Assembly (NCBI GenBank): GCA_002633005.1
Contig: NMRA01000247.1
Coordinates: 524,851-588,850, forward strand
DNA from: Phoronis australis
Lineage: Eukaryota > Animalia > Phoronida
Direction of reading: 5' to 3'
Length of the DNA stretch: 64,000 nt
A program made the translations under genes and the position numbers. Below, in pieces: positions 51,001 to 63,178 of this stretch (position 1 is its first letter; each line of letters opens with the position of its first letter). The notes below the pieces were generated by a model. The model did not search any database. It was not told where the DNA came from and saw nothing but the letters and a program-made list of their open reading frames with translations.

Positions 51001-53591
51001 AAACATCACCGAATTGGGTACCGCAATTGAAAAAAACATTCTTGTCAACAGGTTGAGAAAAAACCCTCTTGGAGGAACAGAACGAATTTAAAAGCCATGT
51101 AGATCGGTGATCGCTATCGATTGTTCCACTCACGGCATGATAAAACGTTAACAATACAATGATGTTTCAATTAATTCTTAAACGAACCACTTACCAAACC
51201 TTGTGGTAGAAAAATATATTTATTTTTCATGTAAGATATCCCCAACAATTACACTGCAGGAATGGGCATTTCCGGTGTTGGTGGGCAATGTCCCGGCAGA
51301 CAACCATGACTTGGAACTGTCATCAATTAACAGCTCATTTCAATTAGCGTCTCGTACATTGTTTATTGCAAAAAGACAGCAAACGTGGAAATGACACCCC
51401 TATCAATCACCAAACAATGGCCACATCCTTATCTTTCACCAGAGCAGTGACGTCGAATCCTGAAGAAATGCTCGAGCCCGTCTTTCTGGGACTGATAACA
51501 CGCATGTCTATGACTGAGCTGTCAATCACATGTAACGTGTACTCCAATGATTCAGGTGTGGGAACTAATGCATGCATCCCACTACAAGGCCGCACGGCAA
51601 AAGAGAACGGCGACAGTCCTTAACACAAGAGCACTGGCTTGGCTTTGTTAAGCAACCGGGGTTCATTTAACAAGAACTTAGATCCTCGTGGGGCTGCGAA
51701 ACTATAACTTGACTTAATATGCTATGGTCAGATGACAGAGGAATCATACATACATAATTTAAATTATTGTTATTGTACACCTTTTCCCTGTACGGTTCTG
51801 TGGAAGGGGAACCTGGTTTCACAGCCCCTGACAAGTAAGTAGATTATTTTACAATTTCGTGGCAAATTCACCAAAATGTTCACGTGCACGTTATTTAGTC
51901 TTTTCGTTGCAGCCGACTAAACTGACTGTTTTATGTTTGACATGTCTCCAGTACATACACGACGGGCCTGATTGGGTTCCAAGCCACTGGGTTATAATGA
52001 GCGTTTTGTATATAGAAGTGAAAAAATTCGCAAGTCTAAAATTACCTCATGGCTATACTCTTCTGTCTGTATATCTCAAACAGACTCCACACAGTCCCGC
52101 GACCTACATGTACCTCCGTAAGTAGGCCTACTGAACTTTGTAGGTTACTGTATGTTCAAAATTTCTATAAATCCGTTACAGCAAAAAACAACTCATTTCT
52201 TTAAGAACTCAATGTATTTGTAAGGGTTTTAAAATCAAATTTTGGTGATTTATTGGTGTAAAACGATGATTTCAAGCAATAAGGTGACACCAGTAAGCAT
52301 CTTGTGAATTTCTGAGCAGAGTGTTAGTTAATTTTAGCACCTCTGTCTGCAATATGATGTTGGGTAAAAGAACTGCACTTGCTGTTATCCAGTAGATACA
52401 AAATACATTGTTTTTGGTGGCATTCTCTTTTAACTGGAGTTTTAAGTCAATAGATTCTGATATGGAACAGTCAATGAGTTCAATTAACACACAGATACCC
52501 ACTGCTACCATCCAGTACTAACCTTTGCCTGCTATGATCCACCCAGACACTTTGATGGAAACTGAAAAAAAAAGAATTCACAAGTTAATTGATAGTTTCT
52601 TCAGATATTCACAGCCTAAGAAAATTGCAGTCTTGTGTCTGTAACACTACACTGTAACCAAAAACACAAGAGGGCACATGAAATACTATTTCCCATTCTT
52701 GCCACTATTCTAGATCCAAATTGGTTAGTCACTCGTTATTTTAATGCCAATTAAGTGTCACCACCACTGCATTGACTTGCAATGCTTCCACAAAAATACT
52801 GGCAAGCTGAGCTTATAAATTCTTCACTTGTCAATCAGCTCAAAAGTGGTCACAGCAGCTGAACATACAATACACTATTTCTATCTTCGCAAACATGATG
52901 AGTTAATTTTAAGATGCGACTGTCGACTTATTTTTCATTAACCTCTCAGCCCACTTCACACACAGCCACTGGTACATGACACACTCTCCCATTCAAGTTA
53001 CACTGCAATCTTTGGCCATTATAAACAAGGCACAGGTATTCAAATCTAGTTCACATGCAAGCTATTATACAGTTACACTGTTACATATAGCTGAAGGCAC
53101 TGCAAAGCAAACAGCTGGGACTCCAAACCAACAGAGCAACTTCAGTGAACAACAACAAAAAAGTCTGCAGTTACAATTCCCTACTCTAAAACGATGAGTG
53201 CCCCTCCCCCACAATTGTAACTTGAAAATGCCAGACTTTTTGTAGGGCAGCTCAGATTTCTATCGTCAAATGACTTTTTGTGAATTCAAATATAAAGACG
53301 GCACTGCCTGTCAAGATGTCTAATGGTTGAAGTTCTTTCCTAGCTAAACCCTAACTGTGGAGATGAGCCATGAGTTCTAGTTGCAGTGTGTAATTTTGAC
53401 AATTATCAATGACAAGTGCTACAGGAAAGTTATACTGACTCTTCAAAAATTGACTATTTCAATATCTTTTAAACAGAAACTAAATTGTAAGGCTTACCCA
53501 AACTCACCTGGATTGCATATCTTTGTTCCAGATTCATCAGTATGTGACCCATTGACACAAGGTTGACAAACTGCATCACTTATTTTAGTGC
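39082..53591 (-). CDS. TNF-receptor-superfamily-like type I membrane protein, 3' part, micro-exon gene. Exons 53591-53508, 52561-52529 (or 52523), 50178-50098, 47344-47309, 46687-46667, [40369-40347, 40105-40087], 39586-39533, 39095-39082 (stop)
   Basis: Core exons are polypyrimidine-AG/GT(GC)-bounded, mostly symmetric phase 1 (84, 33/39, 81, 36, 21, 54 nt). They splice to GTKISDAVCQPCVNGSHTDESGTKICNP-VSIKVSGWIIA-VAVALLLLVLVFGVVRHIRRRCKQKQR-AVPENGEDARDA-KDSNVSS-ESPVQVENTQDSRLGLCR-ESPV*. This reads as a TNFR cysteine-rich repeat fragment, a TM helix, a basic stop-transfer segment and a short tail. Upstream exons were not found in the window, and the choice of 3' exons is uncertain. Confidence 0.7.
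39706..40012. mobile_element. Harbinger-group-like MITE
   Basis: TIR GGCCCAGTCTCTAATCTTT...AAAGATTAGAGACCGGGCC, internal ACTCGAA/TTCGAG repeats, flanks CTG/ATG. Confidence 0.75.
40745..42068 (-). mobile_element. HINE-like element, second copy with 9 central repeat monomers (trimeric higher-order unit of about 445 bp)
   Basis: AACAAGAGCAACGCGGAGCGTTG at one end and ATATGTGGGCGCATAA at the other; the microsatellite is deleted. Another fragment adjoins it at about 40410-40744. Confidence 0.8.
42081..43404 (+). mobile_element. Kolobok-type element with frameshifted THAP-domain ORF and about 290-bp inverted ends
   Basis: TTAA at 42077-42080 and 43405-43408; termini AGGCGAAGGCAACC / GGTTGCCTTTGCTT. 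From 42350: MPHCCCVPGC...LHRFPKDDPLRRTWL...KHFQSSDY...RLKKGSMPSL (THAP signature). Confidence 0.85.
43490..46615. repeat. Near-identical duplication (about 43490-44832 vs about 45250-46610) of HINE-type central repeats
   Basis: Long colinear identity starting GCTGAT(T/A)TGCTATGTACTGCTAGTTCAACACC. The first copy ends exactly at the N at 44833. Confidence 0.85.
47470..47620 (-). mobile_element. End fragment of the AGAGTTCCCACCATG Kolobok-type family
   Basis: CATGGTGGGAACTCT-TTAA; reverse complement of about 60166-60315. A related internal piece lies at about 44990-45235. Confidence 0.7.
48000..49200 (+). pseudogene. Highly degenerate DNA-transposase relic (Sola2-like)
   Basis: Remnant SD...GQYN...WNFNATALGKGP resembles the SDG.A.QYKN...WNFFATSHGKGP.DG motif. 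No intact ORF; boundaries approximate. Confidence 0.35.
48837..49002. repeat. 41-bp tandem repeat x4
   Basis: TTATGGGAATTATAGATCTACTACATGATATCTAGGTCAAG, near-perfect copies. Confidence 0.95.
51280..51460 (-). pseudogene. Possible decayed PHD-finger ORF1 of a CR1/L2-type LINE
   Basis: Across frameshifts: VKDKDVAI...HFHVCC...YETLIE...CRD, reminiscent of a PHD finger. Weak. Confidence 0.25.
51780..52433. mobile_element. Right half of the same Kolobok-type family as 2686-4702
   Basis: Colinear with about 3585-4702 minus the nested MITE; ends GTGGCATTCTCTT-TTAA. Confidence 0.75.
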
Positions 53592-53954
53592 CTGCGGAAA
53601 ATGTACAGGAGAAAAATAAGGAGCTCGCACCAGGAAAAAAGTGCAGGGCACAATTTTTTTAACCACAGTGCTGCGACTCGCAAGAGTGGCAGCATGTTAA
53701 ATTTACAAGTATACCGAGTACAGCTGTCAGAATGCGTTATTCAAATATACTAATGTTGAAGATGTCAAACCACAGTTCTAGATGTCAGAATCATCCGAAG
53801 ACCCAATATGTTGATTTAAAAAACATTATATGTATGCAATTCAGTAAAAAAAGTTCCACCTAGCTAAAAAGGGTCAATACACAATTGCAAATTTTGTATC
53901 TATAGAGGAAGATCTAATTTTAACTTTCTTGGAATAAAACTTATAAACATACCA

Positions 53955-54270
53955 AACAATATTTCGCAGTTCTGTCACTTACCTAGTGTTAATGTCTACC
54001 AAGTTCCATAATAGATGTTCATGAAATTTGGTAAATAAGTTACTATCACAGCACCGGACGTTTCACACACACCCTATAAGGATAATGATCAAAATTTCGT
54101 AGTTATGTCACTTACTTAACTGCGAAATCGTGTACACACCCTACAAGGATACCGATCCAAATTTCGCAGTTATGTCACTTACTTAACTGCAAAATCGCAC
54201 ACACACCCTATAAAGATATAAAGATATCACCAAAATTTCGCAGGTATGTCACTTACTTAATTGCGAAGTA
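53955..54270 (+). repeat. About 67-bp satellite-like tandem repeat
   Basis: AAATTTCGCAGTTATGTCACTTACTTAACTGCGAAATCG..CACACCCTA(C/T)AAGGAT units. The same family occurs inverted at 62520-63045 and 63943-64000. Confidence 0.85.
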
Positions 54271-54407
54271 GTGTTGGGCACACAGTTTACCAATTAAGAC
54301 ACTCATGCGTGGTTGTTCATTTCACTTGAAAAATTTGGTGAACAGCAGTGTGAGGAGTAGACTGACACTGTTGTTGGTTTTATTATTTTGTTCTATTATT
54401 CTGTTTG

Positions 54408-55527
54408 TGTCATGACAGGGTTCTCTCATTCAGTGACTTTAGCAGGCATAGAGGGTGGTAAGCATATATGATAACATCTAGCTCCATTGTTAACTGCCAA
54501 GCACAATCTCTTGTCTGGTATGACAACAGTCAGGTCAATTATCTACCAGGCTTATTATAAAACAACCACATGTGAACAGTCAAACCCAGGGCGAATTGGT
54601 ACGTTCCGAAAGAATAGATTGTCTAACGTCGGTTGTAGTTAGGCAATTTTGGCGATTCAAAAACCAAACATGATCAGCATTTGATGAGGAATTCAGATAT
54701 GCTATTGGTTTAAGTTCAAATATGTTATTACTTAACTGTTATTTTAAACTGCACATCCAGTTGTGGCTAGAAAGATCTTATAGGAGATTAGAGCAATTAT
54801 CGAACAAAAGAGAACTGGCCCTTCAACCATAAATGCTAGAATGGAGTTAATCAGTAGGGTGTAAGATTTTGGCTACAGGGGTCATCTTCCCAACTTGTTA
54901 GGTTATAGAATAGAACAAGCTGGAATCAAGGGGAAAACACCATAGTATTGTTCTTGATTGGCAGGACCCCTAAGGTCAAGACAATGATGATGTAATTTGT
55001 TTAGGAAAGAATAGAGTGGATCTAGCATGCAAGTGATTAATGTAATCTGGAACATTCTAGCAGACACTAGTATATGTTTGCAGAATGATTGGGTAGAGTG
55101 CGGAAAGTTCTAGAATGTCCTTGAATTGGTGAAAAGTTCTAGAACAATGCATTAGTCTATATACACAAGCACGGGTTTGCAAGTTATTTAAATGTTGAAG
55201 ATCAGTTAAAAATTGAACATCAGTTAGTTACAAGAGTTATAGTTGAGTTGCACTGAAGAGAATCAGCAGTTAGAGCAACAGTCAATAAAGAGTCTGAGCT
55301 ACAAAGACAGCAGTGTAACAGTTGCTGAAAGTGTCTCAGAAATTCGTCACAAGTCAAGGCTTCACAGCACTGTCTGGAGCATAAAACAGACAGGCTTGTG
55401 AATGTACAGTCAGGATATAATAAAGTTATTAACTCGAACCAGTCTTCAGTCTATTGTCGCGCCAAAAGATATTAGCACCGGTCAGTAACCACCTGCGCCT
55501 GCACTAACTCACGGGGAAAATGTGACA
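54408..55527 (+). mobile_element. Probable solo LTR (Gypsy-like TGTCA...TGACA)
   Basis: Terminal TGTCA/TGACA, a TATA-like TCTATATA at about 55157 and AATAAA motifs downstream. No TSD recognised. Confidence 0.5.
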
Positions 55528-55688
55528 CGGAATTAGCGATCTTGTAACTTAAAACAAAGAACACACGCTGTTTCGTCACCTAGGACATATCTTTTACAAG
55601 ATGTTGCTTCAGAGCCGGATGCACACTTAGTATTTGATGTATTATGTGGTATCAAACATCCTAGATTTGCTAAACAACTGCTGCCAAG

Positions 55689-56130
55689 TGTCACGTTTTT
55701 CCCAGTGTGTGGGTGGGCGCAGGTAATGTTACAGACGGGTGCTAATAGCTTTCGGTGCGACGATTGACTATAGACTGGTTCGAGTTAATCCTTCATTAAT
55801 CCTGACCGTACGTTCACAAGCCTACTCAAACAAAACGTCTGACGTAATGTCTGTTTATGCTCCAGCCAATGCTGCGAAGCCTTGCCTTGTGATGAACTTC
55901 TGAGACACGTTCAGCAACTGTTACACTCGTCGATTCAATAACCTGCTGTCTCTATAGCTGGCTCTCTATTGACTATCGCTGTAACTACTGATTCTCTTCA
56001 CTGCAACTCAACTGTAGTTCTCCTGATTAACTTTCTTGAACTTCTGATGAACTGACTTGATCTTCTCTTGAACTGACTTGATCTTTTCTTGAACTGACTT
56101 GATCTCACTGACTTGATGTCACTGACAGAA
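55689..56130 (-). mobile_element. Inverted partial copy of the related LTR
   Basis: 55689-56015 is the reverse complement of about 55240-55527 (TTAACTCGAACCAGTC, CAGGCTTGTGAA, GTTGAGTTGCA). Ends in short GAACTGACTTGATC repeats. Confidence 0.7.
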
Positions 56131-56852
56131 TAACAAAACAAAACAAAACAATACAACTAAAAATACTGTCAAACTATATTCTGACACCGAGCACTATTGA
56201 AGGAATGACCGACAGCATGATGTCAAACTCACGCGGGATGAAAGCATTGAATTGGGATAAGTGGTGGAGGAGGGAAAGAATCCTGCGCAAACATTTCAGT
56301 GGTACGAAAAATACTTGTCTAGAAGATAGACTACATGCGGTAAAAACGGTATTGCAAGAACAAGATGTGAACATCAGTTATGAAACGAGAAGCCAAGAAG
56401 CAAAAGCTAAGAATAAAAATAAGAGACAAATTTTAAGTTTTGTCTCAAAATTGACTGTAATTTAAGATTTGTTTTAGTAACGTAACTTTTCTTGTTTGTA
56501 TGAAACACCATGGACATAACTTTATGGTGTTATCCAGTAACGTACATTTTGTTTTTAGTCCCTTTCTAATAAGTAGATTAGTTTTCCATATTCATACGTT
56601 TGTCAACAGCAAGAGATCCTGGAGTTGTCTAATAAACAAAATAAAACTCAGTTAATTTTTTATAAATCGACAAACAAATTTTATTCACGATAATTACGGT
56701 AAAACCACTCGAATATTCATGGTAAGTTTTATACGATTTTTGGATGAACATGCTCTGTCCCCACTTCACCTAGACCATGTTTTTTGTAAGAAACCAAGAC
56801 CACTCAAGACACTGTGAGATATCGCCATGTACTTTCAAGGGACGTATGTCGT

Positions 56853-59800
56853 CAGTGGCAGATCTAGGATATTATAATGGGGCCTAACATTTTGTCGCGA
56901 ATGGACATAGCGTGAATGGGGAGGGGGTCGATAGGGGGTTTGCCCCATGTGCCCAGAGAAAAGTTGTTTTTGCCTTTGAAAACAAGCATTTTTCGTGATT
57001 CCTAAAATAAAGTCGGCCCTCGAGGGCTCTACTTTGGCCAGGTGGCTATTTGCAGCTAGCGCGGCAAAATCACACTACCAAAATCGCATTCTGAAATTCG
57101 ACGCCACCGCTTGGCAAACTCAAGTTGCACTAAAAAACGCTCTTGACTCTAGGCTTTCACCTGCTCATACGGTTTCTTTTGTCCCAGACTCAAAATTTAT
57201 GTGGTCATGAAGCATACTCAAATATTCATATATGAATGATAACACTCTGTGTGTATTAAACTTTTTTATTAGTCGTTCAGAATATCCTCGCTCAGTTCCA
57301 TCCTCTGGCTACATTTCAAATTGAAGGATCGGATAATTTCCTTAACGTCCACACGATTGTCCCTGTGCCCGTTCATGAGTGACAGGGCCGAGAGTCGGTT
57401 GTTTGTCATTGTTGACCGCAAGAACGTCTTCAGTCTTCTTAATGTACTGAAAGATCTTTCTGCTTCATATGTCATCACAGGGAGCGTATTACTTAATCTT
57501 TAGAATGGTGCTGACGTTTGGAAACATTAATTGATTACATTCCTTTAGAGGTTGGAGTGATGTCTCTGCTCTGGTGCCACGGTTTTCTAGTAGTTCTAAA
57601 ACAAAGATGCCAACATCAAATTTCAATTTATGTTTCAGTTTTAGAGTCAAATGTTCACATGTTGCGCACATAATTGGAATGTAAACATCTTCCATATACC
57701 GTAGTCAGTTTCTTATTACCTTCCACAAAAGGAGCTCAGCATCTAGAGCTTCAGCGCAAACATCTTCTACAAAGTATGACAATCTCTAGCAGTTAACGTC
57801 TCCATCCACAATACATGCAGGCAAAACATCCATTCCAATCATAGCCTATTGAGGAGTCCGAATCTGGAAATGCATAATGATTCTAAGCTCACTGTCTATA
57901 TACTTGGAAATATGTTTACTGAAATTTACCACTACAAACTAAATAGTACCTGTCACACAATGCGTCATTTGATCTACAACGTGGTCCAAGAAAAGTATTG
58001 TTAGTTTGAACTTGTAGCATGCAGAAGGAAAATCTTCGTTGCTTTTGTCTGTGGGACATCTTGCCAACAATCCTTGGTCATGAGGGCTCAGTTCCAACAA
58101 AACGAGCCAAAGCCAAAGCTCTATTGAATGCCCGCTGATGAAAGCCATCGATGTCATGAGCTCGAATCTGAAATTAAATAAAATTGATTTTGTAAACATG
58201 AAATTACGTATTATTTTTGGGCTTTTATTAAAATAAATGACCAAAAATAATGCTCAATTCAATAATTACATAATGAAACATCGCTAAAGCTATTAATAAT
58301 AAAAACTTACATTTGTCAGTGTTGTGAGGGCGGTGTCAATATATTTAAACCCCTCGACGATGTCTACTTCTCTTTCTTGAAGACAAACCGTTATCTGCTT
58401 CACGTAGTTCATAACTTCGTTCACAGTAATGAGTGTGATGACAAAGTTGAAGTTAGTTATGGCGTGAAGGTATTGAGACGCATCCGAGGAGCTTTTGCAG
58501 TTGAACCTTCGTGAGGTGCTGATGTTCTGTAAAGCTTGAACAATATGTGAAAATATACAAAAATGTACAATATTGGTGAAGAGCAAACTTGGTGCTAATT
58601 CAATTATCTAATTAAAGTCTTTCACACTAAATTATGATGCAAAATAACACGTCACAATTCGTACTTGATGGTATAGGTTGATGAACGCATCGTACGCTAC
58701 ATTCCTTTCCATCCATCGAGTTCTACAACTTCCATAGTTTTTGGCATTGGTCACCACTTTCCTCATTCACATTATGTAGTTCACCGTTTTTGTTCGACGA
58801 GAAGTTGAAGAAATGAGCAACCTGAAAAAATTGAAACGTTTCCTGAACAAAACCGTCATGGACCAATTGAATGTAAATCAAAAATACAGTAAAAGTTTAT
58901 TGCATACCTTATTTACAATACCAGTCATCTATGTCGAACAGGGGGGATAGCGCACGCCACCATGACCACGTGATTCAGCTGGTGATTGGCGCACCAAAGT
59001 ACAACACCCTTCAGAAACTGATGCCATATGACGGCTCCTGAACCTTTATTAACTAGACTCATGTTTCGTACAAAATAAAATTAAACAAAAGTAACATCAT
59101 CATATGTACGACGAGAAATATTTTCGTCATGTATTTGAAAAGAAATAAAGTTTGCAATATTTCATACCTGTGCCATCGTAGCACTGTCCGCGCAAATGCT
59201 CGAGATTAAGGCCCAACTTTTGCAGTTTTTGTGTGATGACTCCTGCTAGGTTTTCTTCCGCGATGTCCCCGGTCACATTGACAAAATCAAGAAAGCGTTC
59301 GCAAATGTTACCTGAAATGTGTTTCAACGGATTTTACTGTAAAGCATCCAAGGTCAATTAATACGAAATCAGGCAATCAGTGGTTCCTGAAATTAAAAGA
59401 ATTTAATCTCTGACACCAGAACAATAATATAATACAGCTGTACGAACTTACACAGGTCATCCACGTATCGTATGCAAAGACACAATTGTTCAGTGTTTGA
59501 AGCGTCCTGGAGCTCGTCTGCCTGAATGCTGAAGAACCCACTACACTCCGACACTATGCTGTTGCATATGTAGTCGCTAATTAATCCAATTACTTCATTT
59601 TGTATAATCTTCGAGAAGTATGTGACACGCTTTCCATCCCTAAAATGTCTCTCCAGTGCAACATCACCAACTTCCATTCTGAAAAAGAAAAAAACGTAAT
59701 ATTAATGTCTTATTGAATCGCCATTAGGGGAAAATTCAAAATAAATTACCTGATGCAAAGTTACCTGAACTTAAGCAACTCTATAAAGTTGTCAGGGGTG

Positions 59801-62460
59801 TTGGCCGAAGTGGTGTCGTGGTCCTCTTGAAAGCTTTCCCTGTGTCCACGAAGGGCAATTCCCTGCCTCCCACAAAACGTAGAGACTCTGTGTTCTTCTA
59901 AAGCAACTCTTGTTGTTTCTTTGTGTCGATCATTACATTTAAATGAACTTGAATAAATAATGTAAAAATAAATGTCACCAAATATATCGTGTTTATCGTT
60001 CCTCTTGATGTTGCCATCACATTAATGGATCAAAAAATATATTTTGAATTACCCTTATCACCTTGTACACAACATGGTTCATACTGTTGACTTCCCTCTC
60101 CTGAAAACTTTGTAACAGGTGAACAAGACGTTTCTGATTGTTTTGAAAAAGACTGAAAACATTAAAGAGTTCCCACCATGACCCTGTGTCTCAAAAGGAA
60201 TTTTATAATTACATCTTAACAGATTTAATAGCCTTTAGTACACCTGTTGCTATGAAACAAGCCAAAAATTTTATAAATATATTTTTCTATTGTCGGGTTT
60301 GTACGCAATGGGTGAAAGACAGCCTCCGCCATTGTTGTACGTTTTACCAGTTCGATACTAAGGAGTTGTGAAGAAAGTCCGCGGAGCAGCTGCCTTTTTC
60401 AGACATGAAAAGGTGCATTTGTGGAAACTGTGGTAACAACAACTTGACTGTGAACATCTTAGTGTTCAAATTTCCTAAATACGTGAAAGTTGCACAGAAA
60501 TGGAATCGGTTTGTCATGGGCGGCGCGCCATAGGGGCATGAGGGAGTACTATAGCCCCCCACTTTTTCAGTGCTACGCCACCCATGGTCTATAGGCAGGC
60601 CACAGGGGGCCTGGTGGGGGGGGGCTTGAGTCCCCACTTTTTTCAGTGCTGTGCCGCCCATGACTGTGCGCTGAGCGAGAGTGTGGAGTACTGTCAGTGT
60701 GGAACATAGGCAGTCTGGCAGAAGCCACAATTTGATTGGTACATTTCAAAGAATCATGTTGCGACCACACACATAAGCGGCGTTACAATGAAGAACTCAC
60801 CACCAAGTAAGTGCATTTGCAAATTTTGTAAATAACGAACAAACTGCTTCCATTCTAGGGTGAGTGATGCCAGGCTCTGGACCCCGGCCCAGATCGAGTG
60901 CTACTACAAGTAGGCTTATGCATATTGTGTTTAGACTGTGCTCATTCCATCATGGCAATTAAGTGAATACGAGTAACCCAGGTTTACTGTGGCCTTTGTT
61001 AGTAATTATTTAGTGTCTATTTTGTGAGTATTGACCACCACTTGGTAGAGTTGGTTGTGGCTCACATATGTCTGCAGCATTTCTCGTGCAAGTGGGTCGA
61101 GTTCATACGGCCTCAAAGCCGACGAAATTTCGATAAATGGGAAATCGAATTCATTGTCTGATTCTTCAAGTACTTGAGTGTGATGCCCGTATCCACTCTC
61201 CTCTCTGTCTGCATAATAATTAACCAATTCTCGCCCAATATCAGCCTTGTCTATCTGACATGCAGTGTTCCAACATTGCAAATCATTGTCAAGCGGCCAA
61301 CCGTCTTTCACCCATTGCATAATTTGGCGGGCGAAATAAGTAATTTTTCTTCAAAATTAAAAAAATTGCGACTGTTTAGCATAAAAAGTCGATTAATGGT
61401 ATTCGATTCATATTAGCTAACTGAAACCTGAAAAAGTAAGAAAATGCATGGTGGGAACTCTTTCAATCGGCACTGATATTTGTGCATTTTAATTCATACA
61501 TAATATAAATATTTTATAATTATTTTATTACCTTTGTCTCTTTGCGAACAATGTGGTTCACACCACTGACTGTCACCTGGAAAATTTTTAAAATAAATAA
61601 ATTACCAATTCTTGTTTTATAACATTTAATTAAAACAGTTTAATCGTGGCATTGACACGTATCATTTAAAAATGGAAACTTCCTACTAGTGGCTGGTTTT
61701 GAACTCACAACCTTTAGTTTAGAATGTGTTTTATCACTGCGCCACCACACGTACATTCTTACTTCCACGCTAAAAGACATCCTTGTTTATGGTCCACTGT
61801 GTCCGTGCGACGCTTTTTCTTTTCCTAATGTTTAGTGTACGCTTTAAGTTTTGTGCAACCTGTTCGTAGCAAAAGTTAATCTTAACTTAAGACTTAAAAA
61901 CTTGCTCAAAAGACAAAATCCATTTTTCGTGTTGTCATTAACCCGCGAAACACGTGCTCATGTTGCTTTGAAAATCGTCTCATAATTTTAATGTTTAATT
62001 GACAAAGAGACAAAGTTTCTGAGTGATTCAGTAAAACTCGATTAAAATTTACATCTTACCAGCAGCTTCTGGTTTTCCATCTTCGCTGAACTTGCGTTTT
62101 TGTTGAAAAAAGGAGGTAATTTTCTTCATTCTTTTCCACAACGGTGCAGACGGTAGATGCTGAGCAGGAGCCTGCAGCGCTACTGCTGGTTGCCTGGCTA
62201 TCACTTACATATCGACCGGGAGCAGTAAACCGATGTGATTGCGTGCCTGTTGAGTGGATCGGCCACTTGAATTCGGGCCTGAGCAGGGGGCTCACACAAA
62301 TTAAAACAACTCCACTCAGTTGTCAAATCTTGTTTTGGCGTCTAATGTTAATTGCTGAGGTTAATTCATACACTCAACATTTCCTCCCGTTTTAGTTGTT
62401 TTATTTTTTTGCGACCGCCAAGGGGGGAGCCCGCCCCCTCCCCCTCTAAATTCGCCTATG
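56853..62460 (-). mobile_element. Degenerate hAT transposon (PRKRIR/THAP12/ZMYM1-like transposase) with intron-containing pseudogene
   Basis: Termini CAGTGGCAGATCTAG / CTAAATTCGCCTATG. Exon 1 MKKITSFFQQKRKF (about 62128-62059); GRQGIALRGHRE; SKIIQNEVI...FFSIQADELQDASNTEQLCLCIRYVD; ERFLDFV...LRGQCYDG; TRWMERN; hATC dimerisation motif EAERSFSTLRRLKTFLRSTMTNNRLSALSLM. GT-AG introns and frameshifts. Confidence 0.88.
60166..61461. mobile_element. Kolobok-type element nested in the hAT, itself containing small CATGGGCG...CGCCCATG elements (about 60515-60662)
   Basis: TTAA-AGAGTTCCCACCATG...CATGGTGGGAACTCT-TTCA; minus-strand remnant LRPYELDPLARE. Confidence 0.7.
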
Positions 62461-62519
62461 GTCATGATCCTTGCTAGAGGTGGCATTTCTGAGAAATTTG
62501 GTTCAATTGTACAAATAGG

Positions 62520-63045
62520 ATGCGCGCGATTTTGCAATTAAGTAATTAAGTGACATTAAACTGCAAAATTTGGGTAGGTATTTCGAGGGTGTGTTCCTGA
62601 TTTTGAAATTAAGTAAGTGACATACTGAAAAATTTGCGTTGGTATCCTTGTAGGGTGTGTGTGCGATTTCGCAACTATTTAAGAGACATTACTGCAAAAT
62701 TTTGGTCAATAACCTATCCTATAAGGTGTGTGTACATTTTCACAACTAAGTAAGTGAAATAACTGTGAGATTTAGATCAGTTTCCCTAGGGTACATATGC
62801 ACGATTTCACAAGTAAGTAAGTGACATTACTGTGAGTGCGAAATTTGGATCGGTATCCTTATAGGGTGTGTGCGAGATTTAGCAATTAAGTAAGTGACCT
62901 TACTGCAAAATTTAGGTCGGTAACGTATCCTATAAGGTGCACAATTTTGCAATTAAGTGAAATAATTGCGAGATTTAGACCAGTTTCACTATAGGGTGTG
63001 TGCACGATATCACAATTAAGTGATATAACTGCGTAATTTGGGACA
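62520..63045 (-). repeat. About 67-bp satellite-like tandem repeat, about 8 units
   Basis: CAATTAAGTAAGTGACATTACTG..AAATTTGG..TATCCT..AGGGTGTGTG units. Confidence 0.85.
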
Positions 63046-63178
63046 ATATATAGCTTAATATTCTACCGATAAAGTTTACTGCAAAATGGACTGTTCCTCT
63101 ACAGAGGGAGATCACTGCAACATTTGCAGTTATGTCTACACCCGCTAAAAAGTACTTCTGATGTGAATTAGTACACGA

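Noticed and set aside
56205-56465. 86-aa ORF, or an upstream TNFR exon using the minus-strand donor at about 56232
   Set aside because: No cysteine pattern and an incompatible phase. Possibly a transposase C-terminal relic, but I cannot assign it.
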